From a virus (lineage: Duplodnaviria; Caudoviricetes), in the IMG/VR virus record IMGVR_UViG_3300035102_000150, positions 1-31,266 of that record: DNA of 31,266 nucleotides, one strand, 5' to 3'. A program made the translations under genes and the position numbers. Under the pieces are notes generated by a model. The model had not been told where the DNA came from, did no database searches, and worked only from the letters and a program-made list of their open reading frames with translations. Every line of letters begins with the position of its first letter. Within the stretch, counting starts at the first letter, position 1. This document shows, one piece after another, positions 9,965 through 18,370 of this stretch.

Positions 9965-11921
9965 TATTCTTTACTCCCAGACCACCTGGCCCGCCCCATC
10001 TACTGTCTTGCAAAATCGCATGTGTGAGATAGTCGGCGTTGCCGTGCAGTGCGGCTTTAATATTCCGTAAGCTCACCGATTTGTCCTGTCTTTGAAGCTC
10101 TTCAACCACCAAGGCAATGGCCCGTTTTTTATCCACCATGGCGTCGTCCGCTTCGACCTGTGGGCTATCCTCTTCGACTGCCAAATACTTATGAGCCCAC
10201 CTGATCACCTCCGGGTCAACTTCGGGTAAGTCCCTGTCAGACTGGATGTTAGCCAGAATCCCCTCATAGTCAGACGTAAACCAACCGTCCTGGGTAATCT
10301 CAACTTTAGTTAAAAGCGCCTGGGCAATTTCGCCTGTCTTGGGATCGGTAGGGCTAAGGCCCTCCGCCTCCATGGCAGCTATCACCTCCGCCCGGAAGGC
10401 AGGCAGTTTTAAGCGTGCGTCTTCGTCATCTTTAAACATGGCCTTGAAATCGCTTTCGGCCTTGTTGATCTGGTTGGGGTATCCGGTGCGGCTCTGCTCT
10501 GCCTGCTTGTTAAGTAAAGCGTCCACCTTGTCAACGGCAACGCCCGCATCAAGCATTTGGTCAATTGTCCAGTCGTGCTTACCGCCCAGCACTGAGGACA
10601 GAACCTTGTTGTAAGACAGGGAATGCTTGTAATCGATTCTGGCCTTATCTGCGGTCTGGAAGTCCTTAATCCTGTCGTTTAGGTCCTTGCTCAATGCACT
10701 GTATGTAGAATGGCTAAGCCCCGAGGCCAACTCCCTAAGCCTGGCAACCGCCCCGCTTAATCCCTTTCCGCTTGAAGCGGCGTTCAGTAGGCCGTTGATT
10801 TCCTTTATCGCCGCCCTGTCCGTCTTTTGCTGCGCCTCGGCCTGCTGGGTCTTAACCGCCACCTGCCGGGCAGTGACCTGAGTCCTGGCCATGCTGATCA
10901 CACTAAGCCAGTCCTCTTCCGGCACGCCCATGACCTTAAAAAAATTTCCATATTTTTTGGGGTTAGTTAGCCATTCCTGGGCTGCGCTCGCTCCCATGGA
11001 AGATAAATAATCGTAAACCTGGGCAGCATAAGCGCCCTTTTTCTGATGAGCCAGCTTTTCAATCTCGGCTTCGGCTTTTTCCTTCAGCTTTACAATCGTT
11101 ATGGGCTCTATCTGGTCATACGCACGGCGGGCGTCTTCTTCCTTGCTGTTTAACAGGTCCAATAATTTTTTAGGATCTCGGGCTAATAAATCAGTGAGCT
11201 GGTAGGCCTGGACTTCCCTTTGCCATTCCATCCGGGCACCTTTCATCTCAGCGTCGGTTATAAAACCGGCGGCCTTTTCTCTTTCCAGCTCCTTAAAATA
11301 GGTGTCCGTCACCCGCCCGGCGTCAACCCCTGCGGCCAGCTCATTCATGAGCCGGGTCTTGGTCTTTTCCATCCCCATGGCTCGGGCCAGCGTCTGCTGC
11401 TTCCAGGCAGCACCACGGAGCACTACTTGGCCCTTGGTAACCTGCCCCAAGAACTGCCGTTGGAACTCGGCCGCATAGGGTCCGGTCAGCCCCTCGGCCG
11501 CCTTGGTTTCCAGCTCTTCGACTGCGGCGCGGTAACGCTTTTCGTAGGTCATATAGTCGGAGTCTCGGCCCAGCTCCTGGACCTTTTTCTGTATTTCCGT
11601 GCTGGTTAAGGCTAGGGCGTCTCGCATGCGGTTGGTCTGGTCGGTGTCGTACATGCGGGTCCCAAATGAAACCAGCTTTTCGCCCACCCGGGCCACAGCG
11701 TCCATGGCGTCCCCGGCCCGCATCATGGAATCAGCCGACCTCATCAAGGTGTCGCCAATGGCTTTTTGTGTCTGCCTGTCGATATCATGGGCCGCCGCCT
11801 GGGCCTTTGCCGCTCCACCTGCCAGGCTGGCATTAATTTTAGGAGCACTACCAAAAGGCGCGGCCTTGGCCACGCTCTTGCCAATGCCAACCTGCTTATT
11901 TTGATATTGGATTATGGCCAC
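9954..11921 (-). CDS. Internal virion/ejection protein (T7 gp15 position)
   Basis: 655-aa helical-looking protein between the small and large ejection genes; overlaps both neighbours. Confidence 0.7.
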   Translation of the reverse strand: MAIIQYQNKQVGIGKSVAKAAPFGSAPKINASLAGGAAKAQAAAHDIDRQTQKAIGDTLMRSADSMMRAGDAMDAVARVGEKLVSFGTRMYDTDQTNRMRDALALTSTEIQKKVQELGRDSDYMTYEKRYRAAVEELETKAAEGLTGPYAAEFQRQFLGQVTKGQVVLRGAAWKQQTLARAMGMEKTKTRLMNELAAGVDAGRVTDTYFKELEREKAAGFITDAEMKGARMEWQREVQAYQLTDLLARDPKKLLDLLNSKEEDARRAYDQIEPITIVKLKEKAEAEIEKLAHQKKGAYAAQVYDYLSSMGASAAQEWLTNPKKYGNFFKVMGVPEEDWLSVISMARTQVTARQVAVKTQQAEAQQKTDRAAIKEINGLLNAASSGKGLSGAVARLRELASGLSHSTYSALSKDLNDRIKDFQTADKARIDYKHSLSYNKVLSSVLGGKHDWTIDQMLDAGVAVDKVDALLNKQAEQSRTGYPNQINKAESDFKAMFKDDEDARLKLPAFRAEVIAAMEAEGLSPTDPKTGEIAQALLTKVEITQDGWFTSDYEGILANIQSDRDLPEVDPEVIRWAHKYLAVEEDSPQVEADDAMVDKKRAIALVVEELQRQDKSVSLRNIKAALHGNADYLTHAILQDSRWGGPGGLGVKNSAD

Positions 11922-12790
11922 TAGCCGCTCCCTGTTGATTTTTTACCGCCCAGGCTTCCCATTCGGTAAGCCAGATCACTACCACCGGCCAATAATCCCG
12001 CACCAGCATTAAGCATGCTGGTAGTGCTTTGAACCCCGGCCTGGTAGCCCTGTAGCTGAGCAGTGTAGGCCTGGACCTTGGCCTGGTACGTTTCGAGCTC
12101 TGCCATGGATAGGGTTAAATCGGCTTGCTTACGTGTCAGGTCAGCCTGCATCAAGGCGTCGTAAGACCCAGCCAATGCATGGGCGCTGGCTACATCGGTT
12201 GATATGCCATCCAGTGTGGCCTGGGTAAGCACCTGTTCGGCGTCCCAGTCCGCAGCTTCCAGCATTCGCGCCATGTCCTCTTCCGCCCGGCTGATTGAAT
12301 CCTCGATCACCAAAGCGGGAGTGCCGGACAGGAAAACCCCGGATTTCAGATAACCGGCCACCTGCGCCCCTTGAACGGCTTCGGATTCGCGGGCTATCTG
12401 TTGAATGGCGTAAGAAGCTTCGCGCCTTATACGCAGGGCCTTGGTTTTGGCGCTTAGGCTGTTGATCTCTTTGACGTAGTCGTTGAGTTCAGCTTCGCGC
12501 ATGCCCATAATCGCGTTTCGCTCAAGCGCCGCTGCTTCCTGGCGGTAAGCTTCAGCCTGGGCCGCCCGGTTTGCCTGAATATAAGGGATCTGACCAAGGT
12601 AGGCCTGGGCTGCCGCCTGAGATGAGGCTTGAGCCGCATCGTAGTACGACTGTTGGTTAGCCGCAGCATCCAGTTGCATACCCATGCCTGCAATCGATGA
12701 CCCCACGGCGATGCCAGCCAGCCCGCCGGTAGCGACACCAGCCGCCACTCCGCCAGCCAAGCCAAGTACTGTTCCAATCCCGCCGCCCAT
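11921..12790 (-). CDS. Internal virion/ejection protein (T7 gp14-like)
   Basis: Gly/Ala hydrophobic N-terminus, Ala/Gln-rich body, motif GAQVAGYLKSGVFLSGTP; follows the nozzle gene. Confidence 0.75.
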   Translation of the reverse strand: MGGGIGTVLGLAGGVAAGVATGGLAGIAVGSSIAGMGMQLDAAANQQSYYDAAQASSQAAAQAYLGQIPYIQANRAAQAEAYRQEAAALERNAIMGMREAELNDYVKEINSLSAKTKALRIRREASYAIQQIARESEAVQGAQVAGYLKSGVFLSGTPALVIEDSISRAEEDMARMLEAADWDAEQVLTQATLDGISTDVASAHALAGSYDALMQADLTRKQADLTLSMAELETYQAKVQAYTAQLQGYQAGVQSTTSMLNAGAGLLAGGSDLAYRMGSLGGKKSTGSG

Positions 12791-12798
12791 ATTCCCCC

Positions 12799-14778
12799 TT
12801 ACTGGCTATAAACCGTGGCTGTAGGGATGATTCCCAATACAGTCATGGGCAATGGGTTAACCTGTTTAACAACCACCGTCCCCGCATAGTTTGCGTCGCC
12901 CTTGACGGGCACTTTCTTGTCACCGGAAAACAGCGGAATATGAAGGTCCATTGGATCGGCAGAGGTCCTAAACGGTATCGACTCCATGGCGGTTTCCTCT
13001 GTTCCGACTTGGGCCCCCAGTGTTTCGTAAAAACGAATTGCCACCTGGCTTATACGCTTTTTTTTACCCTGGCTTGACCCGCCGCCCTTAGTGGACAACT
13101 CCATGGCCTGGGTTTCCAGGGTGCTGGTATAGGGCAGTCCCACATGCGCAATAGGTACGGAATAGTCTAAAGTGATGCTTCCGCCGGAAACCGTTTTAGG
13201 CGGGTGAACCGCCCCGTCAGCCAATATTTGAACTTGCTTACCTTCCAAGTGGTCCAGTCCTGACAACGCGGTAGCTGTCTTTTCCAGGTAGCCGCCTGAG
13301 GTATAAGTGCTAAACGTGCTGGCATCGAGGCCGGACAAGACAGCGGTGCTCCCAGTTGTCCCGGTGGTTAGGGTGTACTTTCGATAATTAACGCTTTCCC
13401 AGTCGCTGCTAAATCCACGACAATAAACCTCATCACCCAGGTTCCAACCGTGGGCGGAACCGGTGACAAAAGTCGCCGGGTTGGTGGCGCCAGCACTGCT
13501 CACGGACTGCGGGTCATGGTAGGTTAGGGCGCTGTCCACATAGACGGCGTCGCGTACGTCGTCCCACCGCTCATTGGCCAGTAGCTCTATGTACCGCTTG
13601 GTGCTGCCGTTAATTTCTCTTTTAACCACCATCCATACTTCGTCTCTTGTATCTCCGGGTATCACGCAAACGTCCTCTACCTCGCCGTCTGTATAGTGGC
13701 GACACCAGGCCATGACGTTTTCAGGAGGGTAATAGGTGCCGGATAGTAACCAACCGTCCGAACGGATGCCCCATACTGTTGAATCCGGATCTTGGGCAAA
13801 ATCGAAATTAATAATGGTGGCGTGGCGTGTCAGGTGCTCGGCCAGTAGGGTGAGGTCGTTTCCGGTATAGCCGTCTTCCTCAAAACTGTAGCCAAACTCC
13901 ATCAGCTTTCTGCCGTGACGCCCTACAAATAGAGTGTTATGGTTAATTAGCTGGGCTTGAATATGGGAGCTGCCGTACGTTGATTCTCGGTCTACTTTTA
14001 TATTGGTAGGGGTCAGCGGGTCCAAACTGGTGCGCGCACCGGTGGTCCACTCGCTCCCCAGGGTGCCAATTAATAATTTTGTGGTCGGTACAAGCCAGTT
14101 GATTTGATTGACCTTGTCAGCCGCCATGGTATAGGCAATACCTGCGTCATCGCTTGTACCGGTCTGCATGTTTTCATAATCGCCGGATTTAGACATCCAC
14201 AGTGTTTGCGGGTAGTCATAAGTAGGCCCCCACACACACCTCTGTTCAAAAAAGGCCACACAGCCGGGCCAATTGCCCGCCCCCCACACCGTCCCCGAAT
14301 CCATAACACCAGTGGAATGCGTGAAGCTGATCGTGGACATGGACCAACTTGTATGTCCGGTCCTGGCGAGCTTCCTGGGCTCTACGTCCAAATGAGCGCA
14401 ATAAAGCACGTCCGCGCTTTGAGCCGTTTTAACGGCGGATACCTGATCCGCTGTATAGGGCGTGGCAATTTCAACCTGAGTAGCTCCGGAATATAAAGCC
14501 CCCTGCTGGTAATACCAGCGGATATAGTTGTCGCCCCACTCCATGACGTAACTCTGGTTGTCGCTGAAAATAAACGGCTTGAGAGAAACTTTTTTACTGG
14601 AGTCCTTGACCTCTTGAATGAATTTGGTCCCAGGCCTGCGCACAGCGCCGCCATGCGGCACTACCTGCATATTCACCAGCTGCCGGGCCGAGTTATAATA
14701 CTTTTCCAGATCAACCCTGGCATTAAGACGCGGGCTGGCTTCGCCTGCGGTCCAGTTTGTCCAGATAAAGGTGCTCAT
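12799..14778 (-). CDS. Tail tubular protein B / nozzle (T7 gp12-like)
   Basis: NWTAGEASPRLNARVDLEKY, GGAVRRPGT, AQSADVL, WPGCVAFFEQR, GLDHLEGKQVQILADG, PLPMTVLGI motifs. Confidence 0.92.
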   Translation of the reverse strand: MSTFIWTNWTAGEASPRLNARVDLEKYYNSARQLVNMQVVPHGGAVRRPGTKFIQEVKDSSKKVSLKPFIFSDNQSYVMEWGDNYIRWYYQQGALYSGATQVEIATPYTADQVSAVKTAQSADVLYCAHLDVEPRKLARTGHTSWSMSTISFTHSTGVMDSGTVWGAGNWPGCVAFFEQRCVWGPTYDYPQTLWMSKSGDYENMQTGTSDDAGIAYTMAADKVNQINWLVPTTKLLIGTLGSEWTTGARTSLDPLTPTNIKVDRESTYGSSHIQAQLINHNTLFVGRHGRKLMEFGYSFEEDGYTGNDLTLLAEHLTRHATIINFDFAQDPDSTVWGIRSDGWLLSGTYYPPENVMAWCRHYTDGEVEDVCVIPGDTRDEVWMVVKREINGSTKRYIELLANERWDDVRDAVYVDSALTYHDPQSVSSAGATNPATFVTGSAHGWNLGDEVYCRGFSSDWESVNYRKYTLTTGTTGSTAVLSGLDASTFSTYTSGGYLEKTATALSGLDHLEGKQVQILADGAVHPPKTVSGGSITLDYSVPIAHVGLPYTSTLETQAMELSTKGGGSSQGKKKRISQVAIRFYETLGAQVGTEETAMESIPFRTSADPMDLHIPLFSGDKKVPVKGDANYAGTVVVKQVNPLPMTVLGIIPTATVYSQ

Positions 14779-14784
14779 TCTTTA

Positions 14785-15357
14785 TTACCTCGCGTCCAAC
14801 CAAGAATCGGACGTATCAGGCGTCTGGTTTCTCTCCGTCTGGTTGGCCCACATGGCCCGTTCCATTCTGGTCATGGCTACTTTCTGAATTTGCCCCAACA
14901 GGTTAGGATCCGGTGCTAACTTTTGCCCAACCTCTATCGCAAGCCTGGCGCTCATGGCCTCGGCAAAAAGGGAATCAACCAAACCCGCATCATCAATAAA
15001 CGTGGTGTACTCGGCGTACGCATAGGCTGAATTAGTGTGCAGCTCATTGCCGACGATCTCCCAATCAACCTCTGTTACTCCGTCTGAACCAACGACCTTG
15101 CGCAATTTCAGGCAGTCAGTCGGCATCGCGTAGGCGTATTCCCATTTAAACGCCGGGGCTGTGGAGAGCTGAGCCAATATCTGCCTGGCCTTGGCAAAAT
15201 TCCAGGGGTGCTCTCTCAGCATGGCGTCCCGTACAGCCTCATACCGCCAATAACAGGCCGCGCTTGATGCGCTGGAATCAGAGCCTAAGTCCATAATCGG
15301 GTCCTGCCCCAGTAGCAACAACGCCCCATTACAGATGGAAACCCATGACCTACTCAT
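14785..15357 (-). CDS. Tail tubular protein A / adaptor (T7 gp11-like)
   Basis: ICNGALLLLG, HPWNFA, YAYAMPTDCL, C-terminal SWLDAR motifs. Confidence 0.9.
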   Translation of the reverse strand: MSRSWVSICNGALLLLGQDPIMDLGSDSSASSAACYWRYEAVRDAMLREHPWNFAKARQILAQLSTAPAFKWEYAYAMPTDCLKLRKVVGSDGVTEVDWEIVGNELHTNSAYAYAEYTTFIDDAGLVDSLFAEAMSARLAIEVGQKLAPDPNLLGQIQKVAMTRMERAMWANQTERNQTPDTSDSWLDAR

Positions 15358-15643
15358 CGGCTAAGTACGCTTTCAAGGAAGCCGAAGACCAAGAATCGAC
15401 CGGCTTACCGGTCTGTTCCATCTTCTTCCTGGCCCTGGCCTTCAAGGACTGGTAGTCATCCTGTGCGGGCTTCTTCTCTATTGCTTCGTCCTCCACATGA
15501 GCCGAAGCCTTGGCTTTTGAGCCCTGCTCCTTGCCCATGGGTTCAATGTGCGGGGAGAGAGGTATGTCATCGGGCCAGTTGACCAACTCTCCCTTTTCAT
15601 AGTAGCGGTCGGTGTAAAAATCTCTGATCACTCTACATTGCAT
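15350..15643 (-). CDS. Small hypothetical protein downstream of capsid genes
   Basis: 97 aa, RBS AAAGGGG, overlaps the next gene start. Confidence 0.7.
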   Translation of the reverse strand: MQCRVIRDFYTDRYYEKGELVNWPDDIPLSPHIEPMGKEQGSKAKASAHVEDEAIEKKPAQDDYQSLKARARKKMEQTGKPVDSWSSASLKAYLADE

Positions 15644-15666
15644 TGATACTGCCCCTTTCTCTGGGT

Positions 15667-15694
15667 TGCCCCGCCTCCCTCAAGAGACGGGGCA
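15667..15694 (-). other. GC-rich intergenic hairpin after the cement gene
   Basis: Minus strand TGCCCCGTCTC-TTGAGG-GAGGCGGGGCA (one G-U pair). No U-tract, so it may stabilise or process the mRNA rather than terminate it. Confidence 0.55.
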
Positions 15695-15709
15695 GGGGTA
15701 AAGGAGAAA

Positions 15710-16135
15710 TTACTTGGTCTCGGAATCGAGACCAATCCAAGCGTCTACGGCACCGGCAGAAGCTGCGGTGGAAAGGGTGTAGGTCAATTTCAGATAGTCG
15801 TCCAAGTCACCGGCCGGTATGGCAATCCTCCATATGGCAGTTCCCGCAGAGGGCTTTGTCACGGCCGGTCCAGTGGCCACAAGTGTAGCCGGGCTTTCAG
15901 TGGAGCCCTTATACAGCTTGCAGGTGATGGTCCCGGTGGACGTGGTCATGGTGAAGGCGGTAACACAACGGACGGTGATGAATATCTCACCCATGGACCC
16001 AAGGTCAAAATCCTTGGCGTTCCCAAATGCATCCGTGCCGTGCCCGAGTTTAATAACGTTTTCACTGTCAATTGCAGACGCGGTGGTAAGAGTCTGCCCA
16101 TCACTGAAAGTTAAAAAATAATCTTTGATAGCCAT
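15710..16135 (-). CDS. Capsid cement/decoration protein (Bbp16-like)
   Basis: Directly after the major capsid gene; DYFLTFSDGQ...SENVIKLG...YLKLTY...AGAVDAWI pattern; Thr/Ser-rich beta protein. Confidence 0.8.
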   Translation of the reverse strand: MAIKDYFLTFSDGQTLTTASAIDSENVIKLGHGTDAFGNAKDFDLGSMGEIFITVRCVTAFTMTTSTGTITCKLYKGSTESPATLVATGPAVTKPSAGTAIWRIAIPAGDLDDYLKLTYTLSTAASAGAVDAWIGLDSETK

Positions 16136-16144
16136 GTCGCCCTC

Positions 16145-17119
16145 CTAGCTGACTTTGCCCTCAGTGGACAAAATGGCATCCACCAGCTTGATGGGGTGCC
16201 CTTTAAAGGTCATCACGTCCTTTCCAAAAGCGTCCTTGTGCCCATAGCGGACATTGGTCTTATCCTTGGCGTAGATGTCCAGCATCGTGTAAACGTCGCT
16301 GTTGCAGTACAGGGTGGCCCCATGACCGCGCTGGGGCATTTCGTTGAGCGCCTGGATTACCGTGTTTTCCCAGGTGGCAGCGGTCGCCACCGTGGAGATG
16401 TCAATGTTGCAAATTCGGGCGATACAACGCGGGTCTTTTACAGCAAAACCCAGGCTGAACTTGAAATGATCTACCATGGCCTGGTAGGTGGTCCCGCTGG
16501 TCTGACCGGGCCAAGTCTTTTCGCCCAGGTCTTTACGGGTAACTCCCAGTTTGGAGTGGCCGCGCGGGTGAATTGCGAAAACCTTACTCAGCCCCCACTG
16601 CACAATGAAAATACTGGTATTGGTGGAACCGGTGCCGCCCGCACTGTAAACGTTGCTCAGTGTAGTGGCGTTGAGCCTGGGGGCAAGGCCGGTAAATCGC
16701 TCGGTATTTACGGTAGCATCACCGTAAATAAACGTGGTGGCCAGGGTCTGGCTCATGCCCTCCAAAAAGGCCATGATTTCAGAGTTTCTGAAAGCCTCCG
16801 GGTTGGGATCTCCGTCGTACAACGCCTTATCGATGACGCTGTAAGACTCCAATTGCCCGATGCTCTCGGTGTATTCGTCGGTCTGGGAAGCTTCGACGCC
16901 GACACCGTCATTCATCACGCGCCACGTACCACTAGGCAGAGAGGCTCGCCTTACGACCTTGTGACCATACTGGTTATTTGCCTCCGCCAGCGGTGCGTCC
17001 TGAATAATTTCATTGGTTTCGGCCAGAACTTCAGCGATGATCGCGGTATCTCCGTCCGGGTCTTTTCTTTTTGCCTGCTCAAGCAGGGTCAAACGGCTAC
17101 TTGCATCACGAGTCGCCAT
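16145..17119 (-). CDS. Major capsid protein (BPP-1 Bbp17-like)
   Basis: TLLEQAKRKDPDG...IAEVLAETNEI, LPSGTWR, FTGLAPR, DPRCIARICNID, FKGHPIKLVDAILSTE motifs. Confidence 0.92.
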   Translation of the reverse strand: MATRDASSRLTLLEQAKRKDPDGDTAIIAEVLAETNEIIQDAPLAEANNQYGHKVVRRASLPSGTWRVMNDGVGVEASQTDEYTESIGQLESYSVIDKALYDGDPNPEAFRNSEIMAFLEGMSQTLATTFIYGDATVNTERFTGLAPRLNATTLSNVYSAGGTGSTNTSIFIVQWGLSKVFAIHPRGHSKLGVTRKDLGEKTWPGQTSGTTYQAMVDHFKFSLGFAVKDPRCIARICNIDISTVATAATWENTVIQALNEMPQRGHGATLYCNSDVYTMLDIYAKDKTNVRYGHKDAFGKDVMTFKGHPIKLVDAILSTEGKVS

Positions 17120-17125
17120 AATTCA

Positions 17126-17914
17126 TTACTCCTTGAATTTGAAACGTGGCCGCCCTTCCGCATCTCGTTGAACGTCCTTAACCGTTGGCCCCCCTTTGAC
17201 TAAGGAGCCTTCATCAAGGGACTTTCCGAGGCGGTAGAAGGTGTCGACCACTGCGGGGTGGTTGTTGTAGCCGGACGATTCAAGCAGTTTTCGCAGCTCT
17301 GGCGTGGCCAGGTTCTGGTAGCCTCTTTGTGCTGTCTCCAACACGGCGGGGAATGCGTCGCCATGCTCTTTCCTGAGCTGGCTTTCGGTTTGCTCCGCCA
17401 TTTGGTCCAGAGCCTTGACTACGGCAAGCTGCTGATTGTTGTGCCAAGTGGCCAACTTCTCAGCCTGCGATTTGGTCAGGCCCGTTTCGTGGGCCAAGGC
17501 CTTGAATTCTTTTTCCAGCGCTTCGTTCTGGGGCAGGGCATCAGGCACCGGCACTTTGTAGCCGTCCGGAGAATCAGGCACATCGGCTTTGGCCTCCATC
17601 AGGCTTTTTATGTTTTCAAGCGCCTTGTCCTTGTCCTCAAAACCCTTGAACGCTTCGCGCATATCCTCGGGCAGTGCCTCGCTCCAATGGGGTTGCTCTT
17701 CCCCTTCGGGCTTGGCTGCTTCACCCCCCTCTGGGGCTGCTCCAGTATTGGCCTCGCTTGCGCCTCCTTCTGCAGGCGGCGCGCTACCCTCTTCGGTCGT
17801 GGTTTCTGCTTGACTGCTGAGCAGACTTTTTGCCTGCTCGCTTCCGGCGTTGTTCTCCCCGGCGTCAGGAGCGGTGTTATTCTGGTCCTGCACGGCGGCG
17901 GTATTGTCTTCCAT
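17126..17914 (-). CDS. Capsid scaffolding protein
   Basis: Start revised to ATG 17914 (AGGAGG upstream). Acidic low-complexity N-terminus, WSEALPEDMR, VPDSPDGY, GLTKSQA, GYNNHPAVV motifs; precedes the capsid gene. Confidence 0.85.
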   Translation of the reverse strand: MEDNTAAVQDQNNTAPDAGENNAGSEQAKSLLSSQAETTTEEGSAPPAEGGASEANTGAAPEGGEAAKPEGEEQPHWSEALPEDMREAFKGFEDKDKALENIKSLMEAKADVPDSPDGYKVPVPDALPQNEALEKEFKALAHETGLTKSQAEKLATWHNNQQLAVVKALDQMAEQTESQLRKEHGDAFPAVLETAQRGYQNLATPELRKLLESSGYNNHPAVVDTFYRLGKSLDEGSLVKGGPTVKDVQRDAEGRPRFKFKE

Positions 17915-17940
17915 CTCTTTAACCTCCTGATACGCCAAAT

Positions 17941-17985
17941 AAAAAACGCCTCGTCACTGCCTGTAGCTACAGTGATGAGGCGTTT
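17941..17985 (-). terminator. Long stem-loop with U-tract upstream of the scaffold RBS (terminator/attenuator-like)
   Basis: Minus strand AAACGCCTC-A-TCACTG-loop10-CAGTGA-C-GAGGCGTTT, continuing to TTTTTTATTT. Confidence 0.6.
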
Positions 17986-18055
17986 AATATTTAGCGGTTC
18001 CCTGGGCCGGTTGGCCGACCGGCTTCAGGTCTCTACAATATGTGTCAAGGGCGGC

Positions 18056-18370
18056 TTACTTGTACGGCCTCCCTATGCTCTCCAAGTGCTCCACTGTCTC
18101 CTGAACGGACTTAGTCAGGCCCCGGAGCTTTAACAGTTCCAGGCCGACAGCCCTTTTACCCTCCAGGTAAAAAGTTCTACTGTTTCCGGTAAAAACGTCC
18201 GTAAACATTTCACATTTATCCAGTAAGTACCAAAAGATGCGTTCACCTTCTTCTGTGCCGAAAACCCTTTTCGCATCGTGGGCCAGTCTGGCTTTTTCCT
18301 TTTTAGCCTCTTCGCGTACGTCCTCGCGAGTCTGGCGCTCTTCAGGGGTGAGCATGTCATCATGCCGCAT
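18056..18370 (-). CDS. Bbp19-like small head-module protein
   Basis: Start revised to ATG 18370. VFGTEEGERIFWYLL..C..F...F.GNS..FY.EGKRAVGL pattern, typical of the gene between portal and scaffold. Confidence 0.8.
   Translation of the reverse strand: MRHDDMLTPEERQTREDVREEAKKEKARLAHDAKRVFGTEEGERIFWYLLDKCEMFTDVFTGNSRTFYLEGKRAVGLELLKLRGLTKSVQETVEHLESIGRPYK

Noticed and set aside
18030-18048. TTGACA on the minus strand as a sigma70 promoter for scaffold/capsid
   Set aside because: No acceptable -10 element at 16-18 bp spacing
16196-18133. Long plus-strand ORFs (335 aa and 291 aa) opposite the capsid and scaffold genes
   Set aside because: Antisense shadows of well-supported genes; no RBS or recognisable motifs
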